Assembly: GCF_009914755.1 (NCBI RefSeq)
Contig: NC_060948.1
Direction: 5' to 3' (one strand)
Length of the DNA stretch: 64,000 bases
Source of the DNA: the human T2T-CHM13v2.0 reference genome, Homo sapiens
A program made the position numbers and the translations under genes. Numbering within the stretch: the first letter of the stretch is position 1; each line of letters begins with the position of its first letter. Positions 42,615 to 56,412 of the stretch are shown here, one piece after another. Below the pieces are notes generated by a model. It was not told the origin of the DNA. It did not search any database and was given only the letters and a program-made list of their open reading frames with translations.

Positions 42615-45600
42615 AGGCCTGGAATAAAGTGGAATGCTACGGTCTCGAATGGAATAAAAATGTATGGAATGGAATGCAATGAAACGGAATCGAATGTCAT
42701 AGAATGTAATGGAATGCAAAAAAATGGAATCCAAAATCATTGACTGGAAAGGCTGGGTGTCGAAAGGAATTGACTCCAATGGAATGGAATCGAATGGAAT
42801 GGAAGTGAATAGAATCGAACTAAATCGAATGGAATGGAATTGATAGGAACGGAATGGAAAGGAATGCAATGATTTGGCATGGAATGGAATCGAATGGCAT
42901 CTAATGGAATGGAATGGAATGCAATGGAATGCAATGTATTAGAATGTAATGAACTTTAATGGAATGTACTCGAATGGATTCGACTGGAATGGAATGTTCT
43001 GGAAGTGAATGGACTCCAATGGAATGGATTCAAAAGGAATGGAATCGTACGGAATGGAATCTAATGGAATGGAATTAAATGGAAATGAATCAAATGGAAT
43101 AGCACGGAATTGAATTGAATAGAATGGAATGCAATGGAATCTAATGAAACGGAAAGGAAAGGAATGGAATGGAATGGAATGGGCTGGAATGGAAAGGAAT
43201 CGAAACGAATGGAATGGAATCGAACTGAAGAGACTGGAATGGAATGCACTGGAATGGAAGGGATTGTAATGGAAGGTTCTCGAAAAAAATGGAATCGAAT
43301 GGAATGGAATTGAATGGAACGGAATAGAGTCGAATGGAATTGAATGGAATGGAATGGACTAGAGTGAAATGGAATCGAACCACAAGGAATGGACAGGAAT
43401 AGAATGGTCTCGAATTGAATGGAATCGTATGGAATGGCATCAAACGGAATGGAATGGACAGCCACGGAATGGAATGCACTCGAATGCAACGGAGTCGAAA
43501 CTAACGGACTGGAATAGAATGGACTCGACTGGTACGGACTCCGATGGAATGGAATCGAATGGAAGGGAATCGAACGGAAGGGAACCGAACGGAATGGACT
43601 AGAAGGGAAAAGACTGCAATGGAAAGGTCTCGAATGGAATGGAAATTAATGGAATGGAATGGAATCGAATGAAATGGAGACAAAAGGAATGGAATCGAAT
43701 AGCAAGAAATTGAATGTAATGGAATCGCAAGGAATTGATGTGAACGGAACGGAATGGAATGGAATCCAAAGGAATGGAATAGAATGGAATGGAATCGAAT
43801 GGAAAGGACTCGAATGGAAATCACTCGAATAGAATGCAATTTAATAAAATAGGATCAAATGTAATAGAATGGAATGGAAAGGAATCGAAACGGAAGGAAT
43901 GGAGACAGATGGAATGGAATGGAACAGAGAGCAATGGTATAGAATGGAATGGAATCATCTGGAATGGAATTGAATGGAATGGAATAATATGAAATGGAAT
44001 GGAATGGAATGGAATGGAATGCCCTTGAATTAAATGGACTGGACTCGAACAGAGTGGAATGGAAAGCGTTGAGATAGAATGGAATGGACTCCTTTGGAAT
44101 GGTCTAGTATGCAATGCAATCGACTGGCAGGGAATCAAAAGGAATGTAATCGAATGGATTGGACTGGAATGCAATGGACTCGAATAGATTGGAAACGGAA
44201 TGCAAAGGAATGGAATGGAATAGTATGGAATGCAATGGAAGGGAATGGAGTGGAATAGACTAGAGTGGAATGGAATGGACTGGAAAGCAATGGACAGGAA
44301 TGGAACTTTCTTGGATGGACTGGAATCAAACGGAATGGAATGCAATGCAATCAAATGGCATGGAATAAAATAGAATGAAAGAGAATCAAATGGAATTGAA
44401 TCGAATGGAATCGAATGGATTGGAAAGGAATAGAATGGAATGGAATGGAATTGACTCAAATGGAATGGACTAGAATGGAATGGATTCGAATGGAAGGCAA
44501 AGAATGGAATCTATTGGAATGGACTGTAATGGAATGGAATGGAAGGGATTGAAATGGACTGGAATGGAATGGACTGCAATAGAAAGGATTCGAATGGAAT
44601 GAAAAAGAATTGAATGGAATAGAACAGAATGGAATGAAATCGAATGAAATGGAATGGAATAGAAAGGAATGGAATGAAATGGAATGGAAAGGATTCGAAT
44701 GGAATGCAATCGAATGGAATGGAATCGAACGGAATGGAATAAAATGGAAGAAAACTGGCAAGAAATGGAATCGAAATGAATGGAGTGTTATGGAACGGAC
44801 TCAAAAGGAATTGAATGTAATAGAATGGAGTGGAGTGGACTCGAATATAATGGACTGGAATGGAATGAAATCACATGGAATGGGAACGAATGGAATGGAA
44901 TGGAAAGGAATGGAATCGAATGGAAAGGAATCGAATGGAAGGGAATGAAACTGAATCAACAGGAATGGAAGGGAATAGAATAGACGGTGATGGAATGGAC
45001 TCGAATAGAATGGACACGAATGCTCAAATTGAATGGACTCGAATGGAATGGAAACGAAAGGAATGTCATCGAATGGAATTGAATCGATTGGAATGAAATC
45101 GCATAGAATGGAGTGGAATCAAATGGAATTGAATCGAAAGGAAAGGAAGCGAATGGACTGAAATGAAATGGAATGGAATTGAATGGAAAGTAATGCAATG
45201 GAATAGAATGGAACGAAATTTCACGGAATGGAATCAAACTGAATGGAATCAAATCAATGGAATCAAATCAAATGGAATGGAAAGGAATTGAATGGAGTAG
45301 ATGGGATTGGATGGGATTGGAATGAAATGTACTGGAAAGGACTCGAATTTCATGAAACGGAATGGAATGAATTGGAACGGAATGGACTCGAATGGAATGG
45401 AATGTCATGGAATGGCATCAAATGGAATGGCATCAAATGGAATGGAATCGAATGCAATGGAATGCTATGGAATGGAATGGAATGCATTGGAATGGAATGT
45501 CCTCTAATGGAATGGATTCGAGTGGAATGGAATAGAATATAATGGAGTCGAATGAAATGGAATTGAAAGGAATGGGATCGAATATAATGGAATATACTGG

Positions 45601-46152
45601 AATGTAACGTAATGAACTCGAATGTAATTGACTGGAATGGAATGTACATGAATGGAATGTAATCGAATGGAAAGTAATCCAATGGAATAGAATCTAATGC
45701 AATAAAATCGACTCAGATAGAGTAGAATGTAATGGAATGGAGTGCAGTGCAATGGAATGGAATGGAATGGAATGCAATGGAATGGAATGGGATGGAATGG
45801 AATGGAATGGATAGTAATGGACTGGAGTGAAATGGACTGGAAAGGAATGGACTCAACTTGAAAGGGCTCGAAAGGAATGGAGACAAATGGAATGGTCTGG
45901 AATGGAATGAACACGAATGTAATGCAATCCAATAGAATGGAGTCGAATGGCATGGAATATAAAGAAATGGAATCGAAGAGAATGGAAACAAATGGAATGG
46001 AATTGAATGGAATGGAATTGAATGGAATGGGAACGAATGGAGTGAAATTGTATGCAGTAGAAGAGAATAGAATGGAATGCAAGCGAAAGGAAAGGAATGG
46101 ATTGGAATGGAATGGAATTCATTGGAATGGAAGGGAATGTAGTGTAATGGAC
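42615..46152 (+). repeat. DYZ1 monomer U13 (3538 bp)
   Basis: AGGCCT 42615 to 46153. Confidence 0.92.
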
Positions 46153-49100
46153 AGGCCTGGAATAAAGTGGAATGCTACGGTCTCGAATGGAATAAAAATG
46201 TATGGAATGGAATGCAATGAAACGGAATCGAATGTCATAGAATGTAATGGAATGCAAAAAAATGGAATCCAAAATCATTGACTGGAAAGGCTGGGTGTCG
46301 AAAGGAATTGACTCCAATGGAATGGAATCGAATGGAATGGAAGTGAATAGAATCGAACTAAATCGAATGGAATGGAATTGATAGGAACGGAATGGAAAGG
46401 AATGCAATGATTTGGCATGGAATGGAATCGAATGGCATCGAATGGAATGGAATGGAATGCAATGGAATGGAATGTATTAGAATGTAATGAACTTTAATGG
46501 AATGTACTCGAATGGATTCGACTGGAATGGAATGTTCTGGAAGTGAATGGACTCCAATGGAATGGATTCAAAAGGAATGGAATCGTACGGAATGGAATCT
46601 AATGGAATGGAATTAAATGGAAATGAATCAAATTGAATAGCACGGAATTGAATTGAATGGAATGGAATGCAATGGAATCTAATGAAACGGAAAGGAAAGG
46701 AATGGAATGGAATAGAATGGGCTGGAATGGAAAGGAATCGAAACGAATGGAATGGAATCGAACTGAAGAGACTGGAATGGAATGCACTGGAATGGAAGGG
46801 AGTGTAATGGAAGGTTCTCGAAAAAAATGGAATCGAATGGAATGGAATTGAATGGAACGGAATAGAGTCGAATGGAATTGAATTGAATGGAATGGACTAG
46901 AGTGAAATGGAATCGAACCACATGGAATGGACAGGAATAGAATGGTCTCGAATTGAATGGAATCGTATGGAATGGCATCAAACGGAATGGAATGGACAGC
47001 CACGGAATGGAATGCACTCGAATGCAATGGAGTCGAAACTAATGGACTGGAATAGAATGGACTCGACTGGTACGGACTCCAATGGAATGGAATCGAATGG
47101 AAGGGAATCGAACGGAATGGACTCGAAGAGAAAAGACTGCAATGGAAAGGTTTCGAATGGAATGGAAATTAATGGAATGGAATGGAATCGAATGAAATGG
47201 AGTCAAAAGGAATGGAATCGAATGGCGAGAAATCGAATGTAATGGAATCGCAAGGAATTGATGTGAACGGAACGGAATGGAATGGAATCCAAAGGAATGG
47301 AATAGAATGGAATGGAATCGAATGGAAAGGACTCGAATGGAAATCACTCGAATAGAATGCAATTTAATAAAATAGGATCAAATGTAATGGAATGGAATGG
47401 AAAGGAATCGAAACGAAAGGAATGGAGACAGATGGAATGGAATGGAACAGAGAGCAATGGTATAGAATGGAATGGAATCATCTGGAATGGAATTGAATGG
47501 AATGGAATAATATGAAATGGAATGGAATGGAATGGAATGGAATGCCCTTGAATTAAATGGACTGGACTCGAACAGAGTGGAATGGAAAGTGTTGAGATAG
47601 AATGGAATGGACTCCTTTGGAATGGTCTAGTATGCAATGCAATCGACTGGCAGGGAATCAAAAGGAATGTAATGGAATGGATTGGACTGGAATGCAATGG
47701 ACTCGAATAGATTGGAAACGGAATGCAAAGGAATGGAATGGAATAGTATGGAATGGAAAGAAATGGAATGGAAAGGATTCGAATGGAATGCAATCGAATG
47801 GAATGGAATCGAACGGAATGGAATAAAATGGAAGAAAACTGGCAAGAAATGGAATCGAAATGAATGGAGTGTTATGGAAGGGACTCAAAAGGAATTGAAT
47901 GTAATAGAATGGAGTGGAGTGGACTCGAATATAATGGACTGGAATGGAATGAAATCACATGGAATGGGAACGAATGGAATGGAATGGAAAGGAATGGAAT
48001 CGAATGGAAAGGAATCGAATGGAAGGGAATGAAATTGAATCAACAGGAATGGAAGGGAATAGAATAGACTGTAATGGAATGGACTCGAATAGAATGGACA
48101 CGAATGCTCAAATTAAATGGACTCGAATGGAATGGAAACGAAAGGAATGTCATCGAATGGAATTGAATCGATTGGAATGAAATCGCATAGAATGGAGTGG
48201 AATCAAATGGAATTGAATCGAAAGGAAAGGAAGCGAATGGACTGAAATGAAATGGAATGGAATTGAATGGAAAGTAATGCAATGGAATAGAATGGAACGA
48301 AATTTCACGGAATGGAATCAAACTGAATGGAATCAAATCAATGGAATCAAATCAAATGGAATGGAAAGGAATTGAATGGAGTAGATTGGATTGGATGGGA
48401 TTGCAATGAAATGTACTGGAAAGGACTCGAATTTCATGAAACGGAATGGAATGAATTGGAACGGAATGGACTCGAATGGAATGGAATGTCATGGAATGGC
48501 ATCAAATGGAATGGCATCAAATGGAATGGAATCAAATGCAATGGAATGCTATGGAATGGAATGGAATGCATTGGAATGGAATGTCCTCTAATGGAATGGA
48601 TTCGAGTGTAATGGAATTGAATATAATGGAGTCGAATGAAATGGAATTGAAAGGAATGGGATCGAATACAATGGAATATACTGGAATGTAACGTAATGAA
48701 ATCGAATGTAATTGACTGGAATGGAATGTACATGAATGGAATGTAATCGAATGGAAAGTAATCCAATGGAAGAGAATCTAATGCAATAAAATCGACTCAG
48801 ATAGAGTAGAATGTAATGGAATGGAGTGCAGTGCAATGGAATGGAATGGAATGGAATGCAATGGAATGGAATGGAATGGAATGGAATGGAATGGAATGGA
48901 ATGGGATGGAATTGTATGGAATGGATAGTAATGGACTGGAGTGAAATGGACTGGAAAGGAATGGACTCAAATTGAAAGGGCTCGAAAGGAATGGAGTCAA
49001 ATGGAATGGTCTGGAATGGAATGAACACGAATGTAAAGCAATCCAATAGAATGGAATCGAATGGCATGGAATATAAAGAAATGGAATCGAAGAGAATGGA

Positions 49101-49266
49101 AACAAATAGAATGGAATTGAATGGAATGGAATTGAATGGAATGGGAACGAATGGAGTGAAATTGTATGCAGTAGGAGAGAATAGAATGGAATGCAAGGGA
49201 AAGGAAAGGAATGGATTGGAATGGAATGGAATTCATTGGAATGGAAGGGAATGTAGTGTAATGGAC
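46153..49266 (+). repeat. DYZ1 monomer U14, internally deleted (3114 bp)
   Basis: AGGCCT 46153 to 49267; same 440-bp deletion junction (~47750-47774) and 10-bp deletion as U2. Confidence 0.92.
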
Positions 49267-52200
49267 AGGCCTGGAATAAAGTGGAATGCTACGGTCTCGA
49301 ATGGAATAAAAATGTATGGAATGGAATGCAATGAAACGGAATCGAATGTCATAGAATGTAATGGAATGCAAAAAAATGGAATCCAAAATCATTGACTGGA
49401 AAGGCTGGGTGTCGAAAGGAATTGACTCCAATGGAATGGAATCGAATGGAATGGAAGTGAATAGAATCGAACTAAATCGAATGGAATGGAATTGATAGGA
49501 ACGGAATGGAAAGGAATGCAATGATTTGGCATGGAATGGAATCGAATGGCATCGAATGGAATGGAATGGAATGCAATGGAATGGAATATATTAGAATGTA
49601 ATGAACTTTAATGGAATGTACTCGAATGGATTCGACTGGAATGGAATGTTCTGGAAGTGAATGGACTCCAATGGAATGGATTCAAAAGGAATGGAATCGT
49701 ACGGAATGGAATCTAATGGAATGCAATTAAATGGAAATGAATCAAATTGAATAGCACGGAATTGAATTGAATGAAATCGAATGCAATGGAATCTAATGAA
49801 ACGGAAAGGAAAGGAATGGAATGGAATGGAATGGGCTGGAATGGAAAGGAATCGAAACGAATGGAATGGAATCGAACTGAAGAGACTGGAATGGAATGCA
49901 CTGGAATGGAAGGGAGTGTAATGGAAGGTTCTCGAAAAAAATGGAATCGAATGGAATGGAATTGAATGGAACGGAATAGAGTCGAATGGAATTGAATGGA
50001 ATGGAATGGACTAGAGTGAAATGGAATCGAACCACAAGGAATGGACAGGAATAGAATGGTCTCGAATTGAATGGAATCGTATGGAATGGCATCAAACGGA
50101 ATGGAATGGACAGCCACGGAATGGAATGCACTCGAATGCAATGGAGTCGAAACTAATGGACTGGAATAGAATGGACTCGACTGGTACGGACTCCAATGGA
50201 ATGGAATCGAATGGAAGGGAATCGAACGGAATGGACTCGAAGGGAAAAGACTGCAATGGAAAGGTCTCGAATGGAATGGAAATTAATGGAATGGAATGGA
50301 ATCGAATGAAATGGAGTCAAAAGGAATGGAATCGAATGGCAAGAAATCGAATGTAATGGAATCGCAAGGAATTGATGTGAACGGAACGGAATGGAATGGA
50401 ATCCAAAGGAATGGAATAGAATGGAATGGAATCGAATGGAAAGGACTCGAATGGAAATCACTCGAATAGAATGCAATTTAATAAAATAGGATCAAATGGA
50501 ATGGAATGGAATGGAAAGGAATCGAAACGAAAGGAATGGAGACAGATGGAATGGAATGGAACAGAGAGCAATGGTATAGAATGGAATGGAATCATCTGGA
50601 ATGGAATTGAATGGAATGGAATAATATGAAATGGAATGGAATGGAATGGAATGGAATGCCCTTGAATTAAATGGACTGGAATGGAATGGACTCGAACAGA
50701 GTGGAATGGAAAGTGTTGAGATAGAATGGAATGGACTCCTTTGGAATGGTGTAGTATGCAATGCAATCGACTGGCAGGGAATCAAAAGGAATGTAATCGA
50801 ATGGATTGGACTGGAATGCAATGGACTCGAATAGATTGGAAACGGAATGCAAAGGAATGGAATGGAATAGTATGGAATGGAATGGAAAGGAATGGAGTGG
50901 AATAGACTAGAGTGGAATGGAATGGACTGGAAAGCAATGGACTGGAATGGAACTTTCTTGAATGGACTGGAATCAAACGGAATGGAATGCAATGCAATCA
51001 AATGGCATGGAATAAAATAGAATGAAAGAGAATCAAATGGAATTGAATCGAATGGAATCGAATGGATTGGAAAGGAATAGAATGGAATGGAATGGAATTG
51101 ACTCAAATGGAATGGACTAGAATGGAATGGATTCGAATGGAAGGCAAAGGAATGGAATCTATTGGAATGGACTGTAATGGAATGGAATGGAAGGGATTGG
51201 AATGGACTCGAATGGAATGGACTGCAATAGAAAGGATTCGAATGGAATGAAAAAGAATTGAATGGAATAGAACAGAATGGAATCAAATCGAATGAAATGG
51301 AATGGAATAGAAAGGAATGGAATGAAATGGAATGGAAAGGATTCGAATGGAATGCAATCGAATGGAATGGAATCGAACGGAATGGAATAAAATGGAAGAA
51401 AACTGGCAAGAAATGGAATCGAAATGAATGGAGTGTTATGGAACGGACTCAAAAGGAATTGAATGTAATAGAATGGAGTGGAGTGGACTCGAATATAATG
51501 GACTGGAATGGAATGAAATCACATGGAATGGGAACGAATGGAATGGAATGGAAAGGAATGGAATCGAATGGAAAGGAATCGAATGGAAGGGAATGAAATT
51601 GAATCAACAGGAATGGAAGGGAATAGAATAGACGGTAATGGAATGGACTCGAATAGAATGGACACGAATGCTCAAATTGAATGGACTCGAATGGAATGGA
51701 AACGAAAGGAATGTCATCGAATGGAATTGAATCGATTGGAATGAAATCGCATAGAATGGAGTGGAATCAAATGGAATTGAATCGAAAGGAAAGGAAGCGA
51801 ATGGACTGAAATGAAATGGAATGGAATTGAATGGAAAGTAATGCAATGGAATAGAATGGAACGAAATTTCACGGAATGGAATCAAACTGAATGGAATCAA
51901 ATCAATGGAATCAAATCAAATGGAATGGAAAGGAATTGAATGGAGTAGATTGGATTGGATGGGATTGGAATGAAATGTACTGGAAAGCACTCGAATTCCA
52001 TGAAACGGAATGGAATGAATTGGAACGGAATGGACTCGAATGGAATGGAATGTCATGGAATGGCATCAAATGGAATGGCATCAAATGGAATGGAATCGAA
52101 TGCAATGGAATGCTATGGAATGGAATGGAATGCATTGGAATGGAATGTCCTCTAATGGAATGGATTCGAGTGGAATGGAATCGAATATAATGGAGTCGAA

Positions 52201-52850
52201 TGAAATGGAATTGAAAGGAATGGGATCGAATACAATGGAATATACTGGAATGTAATGTAATGAACTCGAATATAATTGACTGGAATGGAATGTACATGAA
52301 TGGAATGTAATCGAATGGAAAGTAATCCAATGGAATAGAATCTAATGCAATAAAATCGACTCAGATAGAGTAGAATGTAATGGAATGGAGTGCAGTTCAA
52401 TGGAGTGGAATGGAATGGAATGCAATGGAATGGAATGCAATGGAATGGAATGGAATGGAATGGAATGGAATGGAATGGGATGGAATGGGATGGAATGGTA
52501 TGGAATGGATAGTAATGGACTGGAGTGAAATGGACTGGAAAGGAATGGACTCAAATTGAAAGGGCTCGAAAGGAATGGAGTCAAATGGAATGATCTGGAA
52601 TGGAATGAACACGAATGTAATGCAATCCAATAGAATGGAATCGAATGGCATGGAATATAAAGAAATGGAATCGAAGAGAATGGAAACAAATGGAATGGAA
52701 TTGAATGGAATGGAATTGAATGGAATGGGAACGAATGGAGTGAAATTGTATGCAGTAGAAGGGAATAGAATGGAATGCAAGCGAAAGGAAAGGAATGGAT
52801 TGGAATGGAATGGAATTCATTGGAATGGAAGGGAATGTAGTGTAATGGAC
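49267..52850 (+). repeat. DYZ1 monomer U15 (3584 bp)
   Basis: AGGCCT 49267 to 52851; longest terminal pentamer tract. Confidence 0.92.
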
Positions 52851-55800
52851 AGGCCTGGAATAAAGTGGAATGCTACGGTCTCGAATGGAATAAAAATGTA
52901 TGGAATGGAATGCAATGAAACGGAATCGAATGTCATAGAATGTAATGGAATGCAAAAAAATGGAATCCAAAATCATTGACTGGAAAGGCTGGGTGTCGAA
53001 AGGAATTGACTCCAATGGAATGGAATCGAATGGAATGGAAGTGAACAGAATCGAACTAAATCGAATGGAATGGAATTGATAGGAACTGAATGGAAAGGAA
53101 TGCAATGATTTGGCATGGAATGGAATCGAATGGCATCGAATGGAATGGAATGGAATGCAATGGAATGGAATGTATTAGAATGTAATGAACTTTAATGGAA
53201 TGTACTCGAATGGATTCGACTGGAATGGAATGTTCTGGAAGTGAATGGACTCCAATGGAATGGATTCAAAAGGAATGGAATCGTACGGAATGGAATCTAA
53301 TGGAATGGAATTAAATGGAAATGAATCAAATTGAATAGCACGGAATTGAATTGAATGGAATGGCATGCAATGGAATCTAATGAAACGGAAAGGAAAGGAA
53401 TGGAATGGAATGGAATGGGCTGGAATGGAAAGGAATCGAAACGAATGGAATGGAATCGAACTGAAGAGACTGGAATGGAATGCACTGGAATGGAAGGGAG
53501 TGTAATGGAAGGTTCTCGAAACAAATGGAATCGAATGGAATGGAATTGAATGGAACGGAATAGAGTCGAATGGAATTGAATGGAATGGAATGGACTAGAG
53601 TGAAATGGAATCGAACCACAAGGAATGGACAGGAATAGAATGGTCTCGAATTGAATGGAATCGTATGGAATGGCATCAAACGGAATGGAATGGACAGCCA
53701 CGGAATGGAATGCACTCGAATGCAATGGAGTCGAAACTAATGGACTGGAATAGAATGGACTCGACTGGTACGGACTCCAATGGAATGGAATCGAATGGAA
53801 GGGAATCGAACGGAATGGACTCGAAGGGAAAAGACTGCAATGGAAAGGTCTCGAATGGAATGGAAATTAATGGAATGGAATGGAATCGAATGAAATGGAG
53901 TCAAAAGGAATGGAATCGAATGGCAAGAAATCGAATGTAATGGAATCGCAAGGAATTGATGTGAACGGAACGGAATGGAATGGAATCCAAAGGAATGGAA
54001 TAGAATGGAATGGAATCGAATGGAAAGGACTCGAATGGAAATCACTCGAATAGAATGCAATTTAATAAAATAGGATCAAATGTAATGGAATGGAATGGAA
54101 AGGAATCGAAACGAAAGGAATGGAGACAGATGGAATGGAATGGAACAGAGAGCAATGGTATAGAATGGAATGGAATCATCTGGAATGGAATTGAATGGAA
54201 TGGAATAATATGAAATGGAATGGAATGGAATGGAATGGAATGCCCTTGAATTAAATGGACTGGAATGGAATGGACTCGAACAGAGTGGAATGGAAAGTGT
54301 TGAGATAGAATGGAATGGACTCCTTTGGAATGGTGTAGTATGCAATGCAATCGACTGGCAGGGAATCAAAAGGAATGTAATCGAATGGATTGGACTGGAA
54401 TGCAATGGACTCGAATAGATTGGAAACGGAATGCAAAGGAATGGAATGGAATAGTATGGAATGGAATGGAAAGGAATGGAGTGGAATAGACTAGAGTGGA
54501 ATGGAATGGACTCGAAAGCAATGGACTGGAATGGAACTTTCCTGAATGGACTGGAATCAAACGGAATGGAATGCAATGCAATCAAATGGCATGGAATAAA
54601 ATAGAATGAAAGAGAATCAAATGGAATTGAATCGAATGGAATCGAATGGATTGGAAAGGAATAGAATGGAATGGAATGGAATTGACTCAAATGGAATGGA
54701 CTAGAATGGAATGGATTCGAATGGAAGGCAAAGGAATGGAATCTTGGAATGGACTGTAATGGAATGGAATGGAAGGGATTGGAATGGACTCGAATGGAAT
54801 GGACTGCAATAGAAAGGATTCGAATGGAATGAAAAAGAATTGAATGGAATAGAACAGAATGGAATCAAATCGAATGAAATGGAATGGAATAGAAAGGAAT
54901 GGAATGAAATGGAATGGAAAGGATTCGAATGGAATGCAATCGAATGGAATGGAATCGAACGGAATGGAATAAAATGGAAGAAAACTGGCAAGAAATGGAA
55001 TCGAAATGAATAGAGTGTTATGGAACGGACTCAAAAGGAATTGAATGTAATAGAATGGAGTGGAGTGGACTCGAATATAATGGACTGGAATGGAATGAAA
55101 TCACATGGAATGGGAACGAATGGAATGGAATGGAAAGGAATGGAATCGAATGGAAAGGAATCGAATGGAAGGGAATGAAATTGAATCAACAGGAATGGAA
55201 GGGAATAGAATAGACGGTAATGGAATGGACTCGAATAGAATGGACACGAATGCTCAAATTGAATGGACTCGAATGGAATGGAAACGAAAGGAATGTCATC
55301 GAATGGAATTGAATCGATTGGAATGAAATCGCATAGAATGGAGTGGAATCAAATGGAATTGAATCGAAAGGAAAGGAAGCGAATGGACTGAAATGAAATG
55401 GAATGGAATTGAATGGAAAGTAATGCAATGGAATAGAATGGAACGAAATTTCACGGAATGGAATCAAACTGAATGGAATCAAATCAATGGAATCAAATCA
55501 AATGGAATGGAAAGGAATTGAATGGAGTAGATTGGATTGGATGGGATTGGAATGAAATGTACTGGAAAGGACTCGAATTTCATGAAACGGAATGGAATGA
55601 ATTGGAACGGAATGGACTCGAATGGAATGGAATGTCATGGAATGGCATCAAATGGAATGGCATCAAATGGAATGGAATCGAATGCAATGGAATGCTATGG
55701 AATGGAATGGAATGCATTGGAATGGAATGTCCTCTAATGGAATGGATTCGAGTGGAATGGAATAGAATATAATGGAGTCGAATGAAATGGAATTGAAAGG

Positions 55801-56412
55801 AATGGGATCGAATACAATGGAATATACTGGAATGTAATGTAATGAACTCGAATGTAATTGACTGGAATGGAATGTACATGAATGGAATGTAATCGAATGG
55901 AAAGTAATCCAATGGAATAGAATCTAATGCAATAAAATCGACTCAGATAGAGTAGAATGTAATGGAATGGAGTGCAGTGCAATGGAATGGAATGGAATGG
56001 AATGCAATGGAATGGAATGGAATGGAATGGAATGGAATGGAATGGAATGGGATGGAATGGAATGGAATGGATAGTAATGGACTGGAGTGAAATGGACTGG
56101 AAAGGAATGGACTCAAATTGAAAGGGCTCGAAAGGAATGGAGTCAAATGGAATGGTCTGGAATGGAATGAACACGAATGTAATGCAATCCAATAGAATGG
56201 AATCGAATGGCATGGAATATATAGAAATGGAATCGAAGAGAATGGAAACAAATGGAATGGAATTGAATGGAATGGAATTGAATGGAATGGGAACGAATGG
56301 AGTGAAATTGTATGCAGTAGAAGGGAATAGAATGGAATGCAAGCGAAAGGAAAGGAATGGATTGGAATGGAATGGAATTCATTGGAATGGAAGGGAATGT
56401 AGTGTAATGGAC
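52851..56412 (+). repeat. DYZ1 monomer U16 (3562 bp)
   Basis: AGGCCT 52851 to 56413; 2-bp deletion near 54744. Confidence 0.92.

Noticed and set aside
3909-49266. Regular 12-monomer higher-order repeat
   Set aside because: Only a ~3-kb segment around U2 and U14 matches; the diagnostic variants of U3-U6 are not repeated in U15-U18.
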